Below are positions 11,864 to 23,565 of a stretch of 64,000 nt of DNA, piece by piece. Below the pieces are notes generated by a model. The model saw only the letters and a list, made by a program, of their open reading frames with translations, was not told the origin of the DNA and did no database searches. Numbering within the stretch: the stretch's first letter is position 1; each line of letters opens with the position of its first letter. Origin of the DNA: Emiliania huxleyi CCMP1516 (taxonomy: Eukaryota); NCBI RefSeq assembly GCF_000372725.1, contig NW_005201421.1, positions 248,001 to 312,000 of the forward strand, written 5' to 3'. A program made the translations under genes and the position numbers.

Positions 11864-12981
11864 ATGGACACCAGTGGGTGTGGGACCACAGCCGAGAAGG
11901 CCGCTGCAGCTAGCCTCGCGCTGAGTGAGCCGGCAACGCGATTCATGATCGAGAAAACACGGTCACTGGCGGTGCAATGGCGAGATAGGGCAGCGTCGAC
12001 CTTCCAGCAGGAGCAGGATTCGCAAGTGTGCGCCTTGCTGTCGTCTGCAGCATACTGCGACGATGTTCAGCCGCCGCCGATGCTATCTCCGAAGCTCGCC
12101 ACCCTTGCGTCAGTGCTTGCCGCCCCCAAAACAGTCGACATCGAGGCCAGTGACGCAGAGCTGCGGGAGTACGAGGCGCGCCTGGACAGGCTGAGAGAGA
12201 AGCGTCGCGCGTCAGAGCAGCGCACGGCAGAGAGGAAGGCGGGCATGCTGCCAGCCAGGGAGCCAGAGGCGGAGGCTGCGAGTCTCGAGTGCTATCTTCG
12301 CGAGCGAGAGGAGCGAGAGAAGCTTCGGGCGCTGTGCAGAGCAATCCAGGAGGGCGACGAGGCTACGGCGCGGGCGTGGCTGGACGGCGGCGGGCAGATC
12401 AACGCGATGTACGAGTACGAGCGGGACTCAAAGGGCCAGCCCATCTACAAGACACTGCTGGGGCTTGCAGCCAGAGGGAGCGGAAGCTGGTATGGCAGGG
12501 CCAAGCAAGAGGCGGTGCTGGTCCAGATGCTGCTGCAGCGCGGCGCTGAGATCAACCAGCAAGATGGGGGGGGCGAGACGGCGCTGATGCTCGCCGCTGA
12601 AGGCGGCAACGTGCTAGTGGTGGACATCTGCTGCGGCACGGCGCGGAAGTCAACTTGCGAGACAACCAAGGCTGGACTGCGCTCGTGTGCGCCTCCTTCT
12701 ACTGCATGCCTGACCCTGCTCGACACGCTACTCTGCTCCGGCTGCTGCAGGCAGGCGCAATTATGCCGACTGCAGTCTGGTACAAAAGCGCCCTCTGCAG
12801 TCTTAACGACCGGTACAACTACCTGCGAGAGGTGGCATCGGCATATCGCATGTCAACTGCGCCGAACGCCTCCTCAACGGACACTTCAACGGATACCTCC
12901 TCCTCGTCGTCCTTCCGCAAGCAACTCCCCGGCGAACCGCTAGACGACTACATCGCTGCCTTCCGCGCAGCGCAATCGTGA
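11864..12981 (+). pseudogene. Ankyrin-repeat gene with frameshift near 12625
   Basis: LLQRGAEINQQDGGGETALMLAAEGG continues in another frame as LLRHGAEVNLRDNQGWTAL; could also be a sequencing error. Confidence 0.7.
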
Positions 12982-13652
12982 TCGGGTATGCGTGCTCACA
13001 CAGGCTGTCGTAGACGCCCCCACCCCACAGGTACGCGCGAGGCTGCAAGAAGAAAAAGAACCTCACCATCTGGTGGCGTGGGCGAGGTCGGCGAGGCCGG
13101 GCTCGCTCACACCACCACAAGCCCTTGCAAACTAGGGCTGCGAGGAGGAAAGACGTCCCCCCACTATGTCCCCTCTGTAGAGCTGTTTCGAGTGCGAGTG
13201 CGAGCTCCGGTGGCGGCCGCGAGAGAGAGCGCCGCCCGACGAACGCAAGGAGAGCGACAGGTTTCATCTTCTCGTCTCTTTCCCGCCTGGGCGGGGCGGC
13301 GGGGTGCGGGTGTGGGGTGCGGTGTGAGTGTGCTTGCCAGAGAGTCCAGCCTAGAGAGAGCATGTTCTCCCCGTGTGCAATATGTCCCCTTCCAGTCTCT
13401 GCTGTGGCTGGGTGTGATGGCTCAGATGACGGTGCCGTGGCAGTCTCTGCCCGGCATGTCCTCGCGAGCCCCTCCCAGTCCAAGAGACTACTGGGAAAGT
13501 CCTGAGACAAGGGACGAGGTAGCGACTGCGACTTCACAGGCCTACAGCACAGCTGTGTGTGTATAGAATCCCAGTCAGTCCTCCTACGCCGCTTCGGGAA
13601 TGTAGGATTCCTAGCCGGGGAAAAAAAGAAAGAAGGCCCGCCAGATGATTGC

Positions 13653-14696
13653 ATGAGCGGCGCCAGCCCAGCCCTGCTGCCCGGGCTGGCAGTGGGCGAC
13701 CTGGGCTCGCTGCGCGCCGTCCTCTCCGGGTGGGGGACGCGCGGCACGTCGCTCACGGCCCAGCTCGACGCGCGGCTCGACACCGAGAAGCAAGACACGC
13801 TGCTCACCTGGGCCGCTCGGCACGGGCAGGCCGAGGCGGTGCGGCTGCTGCTCGAGGGCGGCGCGAGCGTCGGGGCAACGAATGGCGGCGGCGGATCTGC
13901 GCTGCTCATCGCGTGCCAGGATGGCCACCTTGAGTGCGTCCGGCTGTTACTCGAGGCCAGCGCGGCGATCAACCAAGCCAATGAGGACGGCGTCACGCCG
14001 CTGTTCAAGGCGTGCTGGCAGGGCCACCTCGAGATCGTCCGGCTGCTCCTCGAGGCTGGCGCGGCGAAGGACCAAGCCAGGGACAATGGCGCCACGCCGC
14101 TGCTCGTCGCGTGCTCGGAGGGCCACCTCAACATCGTCCGGCTGCTCCTCGAAGCTGGCGCGGCGGTCGGCCAAGCCATGAACGGCGGCTTCACGCCGCT
14201 GATCGTCGCGTGCCACTTCGGCCACGTCGAGGTCGCCAAGCTCCTCTCCTCCTACGGCGCCTCCCGCGCCGCAGTGCCGCCCTTTGGCACGCCCGAGGAG
14301 ATTGCGAACCGCCGCGGCCACGCCGACCTCGCCGCCTGGCTGGTCGCCAGCCGCGGCTGGACGCCGCTCGCGCACCTTGAGAGCCTCACCGCCGCCCGCG
14401 CTCTCTCCCTGCTGCGCAGCGGCGCAAGCCTGCACGAGGGCGAGCCGACGCCGCTGCAGCGCGCCGCGGGCGGCGAGGGCGAGGCGGCGGCGCTGATCCG
14501 GCGGGCGGCGGCGCCGTGGTCGCCGGCAAGCCACTCGCTCTTCCCCGCGGCGGCGCGCGAGTACGCGGTAACGGTCATGCGCATCGGCTACCAGATCGCG
14601 CTCTCTCCGCCCGACGACGCCGAGGCGCACCCGGACTGGAGCGCGCTGTCCGACGTGTGGCGCGAGCACGTGCTGCCGCACGCGGTGGCGCGCTGA
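13653..14696 (+). CDS. Ankyrin-repeat protein, intronless
   Basis: About five ankyrin repeats (GVTPLFKACWQGHLEIVRLLLEAGA etc.) and a C-terminal PWSPASHSLFP segment. Confidence 0.9.
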   Translation: MSGASPALLPGLAVGDLGSLRAVLSGWGTRGTSLTAQLDARLDTEKQDTLLTWAARHGQAEAVRLLLEGGASVGATNGGGGSALLIACQDGHLECVRLLLEASAAINQANEDGVTPLFKACWQGHLEIVRLLLEAGAAKDQARDNGATPLLVACSEGHLNIVRLLLEAGAAVGQAMNGGFTPLIVACHFGHVEVAKLLSSYGASRAAVPPFGTPEEIANRRGHADLAAWLVASRGWTPLAHLESLTAARALSLLRSGASLHEGEPTPLQRAAGGEGEAAALIRRAAAPWSPASHSLFPAAAREYAVTVMRIGYQIALSPPDDAEAHPDWSALSDVWREHVLPHAVAR

Positions 14697-14789
14697 GGCC
14701 GAGTGAGGACGCGAGTGCCACGCGGCGGCGCTGGTCCGGCGGGCGGCGGAGGCGGAGGCGGCGGAGGCGGAGGGGCAGGCAGTGTCGGA

Positions 14790-15000
14790 GCTCCGCGCTG
14801 CAGCGCCTCGCGCGGGCGAGATCGACGCCTTGGACGAGGAGCTGTCGGCGCTCGGCGCCTCGCCTCGCAGCGCTTGAGGTTGCCGAGGCGCCGGCGGCCG
14901 CTGCTCAGACGGCGGCAATGGCAGTGGGCGAGGCTGAACTACTCATGTGCGTCGTGTGCATGGCCGAGCCGATCACGTGCGGGCACCACTGCGTTTCCCG
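14790..15000 (+). pseudogene. Degenerate RING-finger gene fragment
   Basis: CVVCMAEPITCGHHCV resembles a deleted version of the RING at 61547-61700. Confidence 0.4.
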
Positions 15001-15903
15001 ACGCCACGTGGTCGCGCGGTCATCTCCCGATTTTCTAGCGACCTACCTCCAGCTTCTCACTGGCAGTCTCTCGCAACCACAGGCACACTGACACAGGGGT
15101 GAATGATTTTTTCTATTTTGACCGCGCAAGATAAAAGGGTGGCTAAGGGCTCTGCCCGCAAGGCGCCCGCGTCGCAGACGCGGTACCATTGACAAATCTG
15201 CGATATACCCCCACACGAGCAAATAGCAAAATCCGAATACCGTGCACGAACTGCGTGATGTCAGAGAGAGAGATTTTTATCCACCAACAAGAAATCACGA
15301 CTCTCACAGTGATTTGGGCTCGGCAGCTTGTTAGCCCTCAGCCGAAGCTGGGGCCGGTCCCGTAGCCGAGAGAGCCCGCGCCGATGAGTTCGACGCGGTC
15401 GGGGGGGCCTGCGGAGAGGCCAGCGAGGTGGCGATCGCTGTACTTCAAGGGGGTCATCAAGTGACCGCGGCTGACAAGCCAGAGGTCGATACTCTGGGCG
15501 ACCCATCGGATGCCACGAATGCCTGAAGGAGAGGGAGGCGAGGCCAGAGGCAGGCTCAGCTGCTCTCGGGTTATCTCGCTTTGGTGGCTGAAGGACCCGA
15601 TGGTCCTGTCACATTCGTTCGTGGGGTCGCGGGGGTAGAAGAAGCAAGCCTTCAGCTGGTGCCAACACGGATGGATTTGCCGACGGGCAAGCGTCTCATT
15701 GGCGCCCCCCCCCCCCCCCCTAAGCAGCCCGTCGATGCAGGTGGCCCGCGCGGCCACGGCCGCAACGACGCGTCGCCGGCGGCGCTCACTCGAGCCCGAG
15801 CCCTCCGCGACGGCAACGCCAGGTCGTCGCGTCCGCCCCGCCAGCCCTTGAGCACGCCTCCCGCATACCGATGACTGCACTCGGCGTCCACCGGCGGGGG
15901 ACC

Positions 15904-16520
15904 ATGGAGGAGCGGTCAGCAGTCTCGACTGCTCCACCGGCTCCTCCACAGGCTCTCGCCGTCGGCCCCGGCGCGCTGCGACGGCGCGCCGCCGGCTCCC
16001 ACCGCGGCGTCCGAGCTGGAGGGAAAGGTCGAGGAGCAGGCGGCGGCGGCGGAGGCGCACTCAGCGCAGCTGCAGCAGCTGAGCGCGGAGCACTCGACGC
16101 AGCTGCAGCAGGCGGCGGCCCTCCTGGAGGCGCAGGCGCGCGAGAAGTTTGAGACGGCGGTCGCGCACGAGAGGGTGATTGCGCGCGAGGCGCAGGAGCA
16201 GGCGGTGCTCGCAGAGAGGCTGGTGAGCGGAACCTCTCCCCTCCCGCCTCCCCGCCCGCCTTCCCTCCCGCCTCCCGCCTCGACTCCCCTGCCTCACTCC
16301 TCCCGACCCATTACTCACTCCTCACTCCGCCCGCCTCTCCTCTCCCCTCCCTCCTCCCCTCCTCCCCTCCCCCTCCCCTCTCCTCCTCCCCTCCCCCCCT
16401 CCCCATTCCCCCTTCCTCTCGCCTCGCGCCCAGCCCAGCCCCGCCACCTCACCGCCCTCCCAGGCGTATCTCTCCGCCCTCAAGCAGCTCGAGCTCGACG
16501 TCGACGTGCTCACACGCGTC
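15904..16520 (+). CDS. Small coiled-coil hypothetical protein or fragment
   Basis: ELEGKVEEQAAAAEAHSAQLQQL...AVLAERL, then a GT-AG pyrimidine-rich intron ~16223-16463; start uncertain. Confidence 0.35.
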
Positions 16521-17108
16521 CTGGCGCCTACTGTATACTTGATGCAGAGCTTTCCGACGTCATTGTGTTTGCCGCTCCGCGCTCGACGCCTGCCGCCGCG
16601 CGCGCCCGCGCCCCGCCCCTTTTGCGCAGCAACACCTTAAACTTCATGGCCCTCCAAATTCGGGTCGGAGCGTAGCGGAGTGGGCCCCGAGTTTGAAAAC
16701 GGCGACGGACGCTTGCGTCCTAGCCGCCAACAACGCCTCCCCGGCGCAGAGGGGCCCCCGGAGGGATGCTCAACCGCTCCACGCCACGCCGCTTGCGGCG
16801 GTCCTATTCCACGCTCGCGGGGGCGGTTTCTTATTTTCTCTCTCTCTTAGGCGGCTCCGGTGGTGAGCCTGTGTGTGTGCCAGTCCGCGCCAGTCCGCGC
16901 CCTTGTCGTGCCAGGGTGCTGTGAGAGAGGCTTGTATCTTAAGAATTCTCTCTCTCGTGCTTGCATTCTGAAGCCGACGTTTCGATACAAAGGTGTCATC
17001 CTTGGTGCCCTGCTTCTGCTTCCTGCCTGGTGCCTTGGTCCTCAGCGTTGGAGATAGCGAAGCACTGGAGGCCCAGCAGCTGCCCAGTTGTGGAGGCCAG
17101 CAGCGGTC

Positions 17109-18140
17109 ATGCCCACCGTCGTCGTCCCGCGTGCCTCCCTCCTTCCGCTCGGTCACCCTGGCCCTCTCCGCCGCAAGCCAAGCTCCTCCCGCAGCGACTT
17201 CACCGGCTTCCGCGAGCGCCAGATGAACACGTACGCTCGGATGCGTGCCGCCGCCACTCTCGAGTTCGACCCGAGCAGCCACGCGCTCCTCCTCGAGCAG
17301 CTCTCGAGGTACGTGCCGTCCCGCTACTCCTTCGGGGCCGCCGGTAGCAGCTTGGGCGGCGGCGTGGGTCCCGGCAGCGGCGCCGGAGGAGAGGCCGCCA
17401 AGGCCTGGCGGTCGCCGCTGTGGACGCGGCTCGGCTTCCAAGGCGACGACCCGACCACCGACTTTCGTGGCGCCGGCGTGATGGGCCTGTCGCACCTCGT
17501 CGCGCTCCTCTCGTCCGGCAAGTGGCCTCCCGTCACCGAGAGCGCCTGGGAGGAGGTGGCGCTCGCCGGCTTCCCTCTGGCGGTCGCCTCCATCAACGTG
17601 ACCGGCTTCCTGCAGTCGTACTTTGGCGTCAACCCGCGCGTCGCCTCGCCCGTGCACCAGCGCCACCGCTGCACCGAGCGCGCCCTCTTCGAGGTCCTCT
17701 CGCGAGGCGGCTTTGGCCCGCTCCAGTCGCTCCACGCCGACCTCGTCTGCCACGTGTACCGCTGCTGGGCTGAGGCGCCTCGCTCGCCGATGGACTTTCC
17801 AAAGGTGCTCGCGGAGGCGTGCGCCGACTTCCACGCCACGGTCTCCGCCATCTCCTCCTCCTCCGTCGGCGAGGCCGGCGCCGTCGGCTTGCACAACGTC
17901 GGCGACGCGCTCGCCGCCCGCCGGCCGCAGGGAATGCTCGCCTCGCTGGCGTGGCTCGACTCTTCGGCACTCAGGTGGCTCGACTCCCTCGCCACCGAGT
18001 GCTCGAGGCCGGCGCTGGCGGTCTCGTCGCTCGTCGACACCCTCGTTGAGCTCGTCGCGCCAGAGTGTGACTTCTGCTGGCCGGCGGTGGAGACCAGAGG
18101 CCGAGCCGCTCCGGGTGCGAGAACCAGCCCTCGGCGATGA
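17109..18140 (+). CDS. ELMO/CED-12 domain protein
   Basis: WTRLGFQGDDPTTDFRGAGVMGL and FPLAVASINVT signatures. Confidence 0.9.
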   Translation: MPTVVVPRASLLPLGHPGPLRRKPSSSRSDFTGFRERQMNTYARMRAAATLEFDPSSHALLLEQLSRYVPSRYSFGAAGSSLGGGVGPGSGAGGEAAKAWRSPLWTRLGFQGDDPTTDFRGAGVMGLSHLVALLSSGKWPPVTESAWEEVALAGFPLAVASINVTGFLQSYFGVNPRVASPVHQRHRCTERALFEVLSRGGFGPLQSLHADLVCHVYRCWAEAPRSPMDFPKVLAEACADFHATVSAISSSSVGEAGAVGLHNVGDALAARRPQGMLASLAWLDSSALRWLDSLATECSRPALAVSSLVDTLVELVAPECDFCWPAVETRGRAAPGARTSPRR

Positions 18141-18635
18141 GACATTTAGAGTTTTGTGATGAGTGAAATCGTGTTTTGTGACGCGCGGCGCGCGGCACGC
18201 GCGTGTGAGCCTGCCCGTGCGTGTGCCTGTGGGTGTGGCGCCGCCGGGCGCCGCCGGCGGCGCGCACAACGTTGCACACCGCGCATAGGACCGCTGTGTC
18301 TATCCAGTTGATACATACTCAAGCATCTGTTATCGTCTCTCTTCAAAAAGTTTCTCCAAAACTCTGACCACCTGCGATTCGGAGAACTCCACCCGCGCGC
18401 CCAGCGGAGGCAGCGCCGGCCACAACCACCTTCTCGTGATCGGGGCTCGACACAACCCGTCGCGCCACACCCCTCGCACGGTCTCGCAGAGCGTCAGGCA
18501 GAGCGTGTGCACCACAGGGGGTGAACGCGCCGCGCTATATAGCCGCGCGCGGATCAGCGAACAGGCCCAACACTCTGTGGGCCCCACCTCCCCCCTCTCA
18601 GCGTGCAGTGTGGCAAAACGCTCAGCCGCCCGAGC

Positions 18636-19940
18636 TTAGTCGAGCTGCAGCCACTCCGCCATCCGCCCCCCGTTGTTGCCGGCGTCCCCGATCCTCGACC
18701 CGTCGTCCGCCGCTAGCCGAGCGGACCTCTCCGCCCATGCCCACGCCCCGGGCGCGTCGTCATCGCGCGCCCCGATCTGCGCCGAGGTCTCCGAGGTCGC
18801 AGGCGGGCCGCTCGCGACAGCCTCTCTGGCGTAGTGGTGCTGCTGCCGCTCCCTACTCCGCTCCTCGCGCGCCACGTCCGTCGGGCCACGCATCGAGCCG
18901 CCGCACGAGGCGCCGCCCCCGGCCCCGCGCAAGTCAGCCGCAGCGCCGCCACCCCCGTTGGCAGCGCCGCCAAACCGCCCGCCGTCGCCGCCGCGAGGGC
19001 CAACGCCGCCGTCGGGAGGAGGGCGGGCCGGCGCCGGCACATGCGCGGCGCTCCTCTCCGCCTCGGCGTCGGCTGCGGCGGCGCCGGCCAGGATGGCGGC
19101 GGCGCCGGCGGCGAGGGCGGCGGTGGTCGCGTTTGTGTCGCTGGCGGCGTCGTCATCTCTCCCGGCGGCGCCGTTGCCTCGCCACCCTCCCAGCCCGACC
19201 GGCAGCCGGTCCAGCTGCTCGGTCGAGCCCTGCCGCACCGGCCGCGGCGGCTTGGGCCAGTCTGCAGCGGCGGGCAAGGGCGGCGCTGTCTGCATGCCGA
19301 CCGCCCTCGGCGCCCACAGCGCCGCCGACGGCTGCGCCGGCCCTGCATGCGATCCTGGAGGCGAGGACCCTTCCCACGAGTGGCGGCGCGTGAGCGACGG
19401 AGGGGCGGGGGCGCTGCTGCTGCTCACCCGCTTCGACGCCGGCACGCGCCGCCGCCCAAACGACTCGCGGTCGGTTGCGGCGAGGTCGCGCCGCTCGCGA
19501 AACTCGGGCCAGTTTTGCGGGTCCTTGCCCGCCTCCGCGGCGCGCGCGAGCGGCTGGCCCGTCTCGTCGGACCAGGAGAGGCTCCGCCGCAGCGGCGGCG
19601 GATCGACGCTCTCCTCGGAGCCAGACGAACGGATCGAGGCCGGGTCGCCCCACGAGTTGCGGCGCGAGAGCGCCGGCTTGGTCGGCGGCGTGGTGCGGGA
19701 GTGGCGGCGGTTGGGCATCGGCGTGATGGAGGCGGAGCGGCTGATGGTGCCTGGCGCCGTCCGCGCCCTGTGCCCTCGGCGGCGGCGGCCCTTCAAACCG
19801 CTCTCGCGCAGACTCTGAACCAAAAAGGCGAGCGCGAGGACGACGGTGAGCGCGGCGATGACGAGGAAGATGACCTCGTCCGCCGTGAGCTTTGTGTCGC
19901 CAAAGTAGGTGGCGCGCTGGAGAAGGCCTCCCTTGCCCAT
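18636..19940 (-). CDS. Single-pass membrane protein with a disordered Ser/Arg-rich tail
   Basis: Long ORF; TM segment VIFLVIAALTVVLALAFLV; repeated RRxSW motifs. Confidence 0.55.
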   Translation of the reverse strand: MGKGGLLQRATYFGDTKLTADEVIFLVIAALTVVLALAFLVQSLRESGLKGRRRRGHRARTAPGTISRSASITPMPNRRHSRTTPPTKPALSRRNSWGDPASIRSSGSEESVDPPPLRRSLSWSDETGQPLARAAEAGKDPQNWPEFRERRDLAATDRESFGRRRVPASKRVSSSSAPAPPSLTRRHSWEGSSPPGSHAGPAQPSAALWAPRAVGMQTAPPLPAAADWPKPPRPVRQGSTEQLDRLPVGLGGWRGNGAAGRDDDAASDTNATTAALAAGAAAILAGAAAADAEAERSAAHVPAPARPPPDGGVGPRGGDGGRFGGAANGGGGAAADLRGAGGGASCGGSMRGPTDVAREERSRERQQHHYAREAVASGPPATSETSAQIGARDDDAPGAWAWAERSARLAADDGSRIGDAGNNGGRMAEWLQLD

Positions 19941-20061
19941 TGGCGGGCGGCCCGGCCCGTTTGCGCGCCGCGGTTTGCGGGGCGGCTTGGGTGCTTTGTG
20001 CTTTGGTTCTCTGGTGTCGACGGTCAAGCAAGTGCCCGCGACGGCGCCTCAGGCGGGGAGA

Positions 20062-20063
<2 letters not shown>

Positions 20064-20136
<73 letters not shown>
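20064..20136. repeat. (TG)n microsatellite
   Basis: Seen directly. Confidence 0.98.
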
Positions 20137-20138
<2 letters not shown>

Positions 20139-20517
20139 CCCAAACATTAACACTATCTCACCGCCACCGCCCACCGCGGCGCGCGCGCCTTATCCGCGCA
20201 CGATATTAGCCCAAACTTGTCCTGCTCCTGGTTCTAGGTCTGGTTGTTTTGGATAACACGTATATACAGAACTTCTCAGCGCGATGCGGCGCATGCCATG
20301 GCTCCTCCTATGCATTTTGTGCATGGGCCCCTACAATGGCGGGACCGATATCAAGCGGCAGTGTGTTTACATCACCAACAGAGTATGAGATGACCTTACG
20401 CTACACCGACACAGCGATTCCCGTACTTTTTCGGCTGTGACGGACTGCCGCCCATGCTACAAGCAGGCTACAAGGCGCCAACACGATCGCACAATCGCAA
20501 CGCCCCCCCCCGCCATG

Positions 20518-23159
20518 TCAGCTGCAGCGCCACTCCCGGACGCTCTCGCCGCGCTCGTCGTCAAAGCTCTCGACGAGGCAAGCCTCCTCCTCGTCGTCGG
20601 CGTCCTCCACGGCGAGGTCGGCCTGGATCTCGGCTTGCACGGCGCGCACCTTGGTCGGGTCCCCCAAGTACCACCCCGCCCGAAGCGGCGGCTCGGCCCA
20701 CGGCGTGGCGACGGGCGTCAGCGCCGAATCGAGCTGGTAGACGAGCGGGACGGCGTACGGCACGTCGACGAGCGGGATCTGCTCCTGCGCGGCGAGGGAG
20801 GGGGCGGCAGAGGGGGTCGGGCTTCTCGCCTCGCGCAAGGCCCGCGCTGGGGCTCGCGCCTGGGTCATCCCCTCGATCTCCATCACCAGCCCGCGCAGCA
20901 CATTCTCCGACGCCACGACCAGCACCGTCGGGACCTCGTACTCGCCCCCGCCCGCCTCCGCGTCGGCGAGCGCCGCGTCCACCGCCGCACGCCTGAGAGG
21001 CCGAGTCACACTGGGCCTGTCAGGGACGTGTCGCTTGGACATGCCCCCCCGAACCTCCCCCGCCGCGCGCATGCTCTCGCCCAGCTCGCCGTACAGAAAG
21101 GGCCTCAGCCGCTGCTGGCAGTCCTCGAGCGACTCGGAGCGCGGGGGGAAGTCGCCGCCGCGGTAGAGGTCGTACCGCCGGTCGATCGTCTCGACCAGAG
21201 TCGCGTCGCTCCAGGGCGGAGGCCGGTCGCTGAAGCCGCGCCGCCAGCGCTGCACCTGCTTCAGCCCGTGCGCCTTGACGCAATCGGCCTGCGGGACATG
21301 CCAGGGACGTGTCACGGGCGTGTCCAGGAGACGCAAAGCAGCGCCTCGACGCCGCCCGCCTTGACTCGGCCCTGCAGCTCGCCGTAGTTTCGCTCGTTGA
21401 GCCTCCACGTGTTTTGCACCGGCGTCCACTGCAGGTCCATCTCGTCGAGGGCGAGCCACGCCTGGAGGGAGGGGGGCAGGGGGGGGGTCGGGGACAGGGA
21501 AGGGGGGGGGGCCTCCCCCCTCCGGGGAGGCCCTCGGGCAGGAGGCCGTCGGGCAGGGCAGCGGCGGTCGGGGTGGGGAGGCAGCTTCCTGCTCCTCGAG
21601 CCGCTCGGACTCCTGGAAGAAGTATGCCGGCGGCGTCTGCCGCACCGTGTACCCCTCGCCCTCGATCATCGAGAGCCGCTGCCGCGCCTCGGGCGCGGTG
21701 AAGGCGGTCTTGATCTCGCCGTCCTCGGTGGGCGCAGTCACCTTCAGGGAAGGGTCGAAGGAAGTGTCTCGGAAGGGTCCGTCCACCTCGCCGCCCTCTC
21801 GGCGGTCGCTCTCGCACCATCGAGTACGCGATGTCCTGCAGCACCTGCTGCCGCATCGCCTGCTGCGCCGCCCGCACGCGCGACTCGTCCACCTAGTCGT
21901 CACCCCGCCACACACCCCCGTGAGTGGCGCAGCTCTCCTCGCCGCTTCGCGCTCGCGAGGACAGCGCACACCAGGAAGCGGCCGTGCCGCGCCGCCCCCT
22001 CCCGCTCGCCCCACACGCCGTGCTCCCTCGCGTGGCGCAGCCCCGCCACGGGCGCCTCCGCGCCCGCGCCGTCCGCGTCAAACTCGTACAGCAGCGGCGT
22101 CGCCGTCGGCAGGTCGACGTGGTACACGTCCTCGGGCGCGAGGCCGTCTAGGTACGCGACGAGGGCGCGAAGCGTGTTTCCGTGCGTCACGACGAGGACC
22201 GTCCTCCCCTCCTGCAGCGCCGGCGCGATGGTGCCCTCCCACAGGCCGGCCACGCGCCGGGAGACGGCGGAGAGGCACTCGCGCGACGGCACCCGCGCGG
22301 CGTCGTACCTCGTCAAGGTCGGGGTTGGGGTTGGGTGTAGGGTCGTGGGGTTGGGGATAGGGTCGGGGTTGGGGTTGGGTCTAGGGTCGTGGGGTTGGGG
22401 TCAGGGTTGGGGATCATCTGGGTCTGGGTCTTTTGGTTCAGGGTGTAGGGTAGGGCTGGGGCTCGACGCGGCGGCGCCGCACCTCCTGTCGGTGGCGATG
22501 GCGCGCTGGATCGCCGAGTCGGCGGCTATCTCGGGAGGAGGGTCCTCAAAGTTGCGCCGCCACGCCATCACCTGATCGACGCCCCACTTTTGGGCGCACG
22601 AGACCTTGTTCTCGCCCGTCAGCAGGCCGGCGTGCTGCTCGTTGAGCTCGAGGTGCTTCCGCACCGGCAGCCAGCACTGGTTGAGCGTCGAGAGCATCAG
22701 CACCGCCGACCGGATGGCTCTCCGCATCAGCGAGGTGTGCACCTCGTCAATCTCGAGCCCGGCGGCCGCGAGCAGACGGCCAGCCTCGCGCGCCTCGAGG
22801 ATGCCCTGCTCCGTCAGGTCGACGTCCACCCAGCCGGTGAAACGGTTCGCCAGGTTCCACTCGCTCTGTCCGTGGCGGACCAGCACCAGCCTCGCGTGCG
22901 GCGCCTCCTCCTCCGCGGCCGCCCTCGCCGCCGTCTCCTTCCGTGCCGACGCCGCCTCGCGCGCAGCGGCGGCCTCGGCCAGCGCGATTTGGAGCTCTCT
23001 CTCGGCGGCCGCCAAGGCTGCGTCCGCATCGCCCGCCTCCTCGCTCAGCAGCACAGCGCCGCCAGGGCGCCGTGCCGCCGCAGCACGAGCTCCTGTTCTT
23101 CCGCCTGGCCGGACAGGCGACGACAGCGCCAGTGCCGTCACGGTGAGGAGGCTAAGCAT
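20518..23159 (-). CDS. gpmA: Cofactor-dependent phosphoglycerate mutase with a second degenerate PGM domain; N-terminal targeting peptide; multi-exon
   Basis: [41 protein letters not shown]; second domain [32 protein letters not shown]. Confidence 0.9.
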
Positions 23160-23565
23160 CTCCAGCACGAGGCAGCTGGCGGGCAGATGCGGGGAGAGCG
23201 GCTGTGGTCGAGGAGAGAGCTGTGCGTCGGGTCTGGCGATGTGCAGTGACTCACGCGCGTTTATCTTTTCTTTCTCGAGCGACAATTAATGCTGGACACC
23301 TCTCCGCATCGACCAGAGCAGGACTCCGCAGACAAAGAAAGCGATGGCCCTCTTCCCTCCCTTTGCCCGAAAACAAAAAAGCAGAGGCTGCGGCCTCCAA
23401 CGCCCCTCGCCGAGAAGGGGAGACGGAGGGAAAAGAAAATGAAAAAGACCTTCGGAAAAGTTGAGCTTTCAGCGCTCGCCGCTCCCGCTACTCGCCGCTC
23501 GCCGCTCCCGCTACTCGCCGCTCGCCGCTCGCCGCGCTACCCGCGTGTCCGCCCTAACATTCGCA

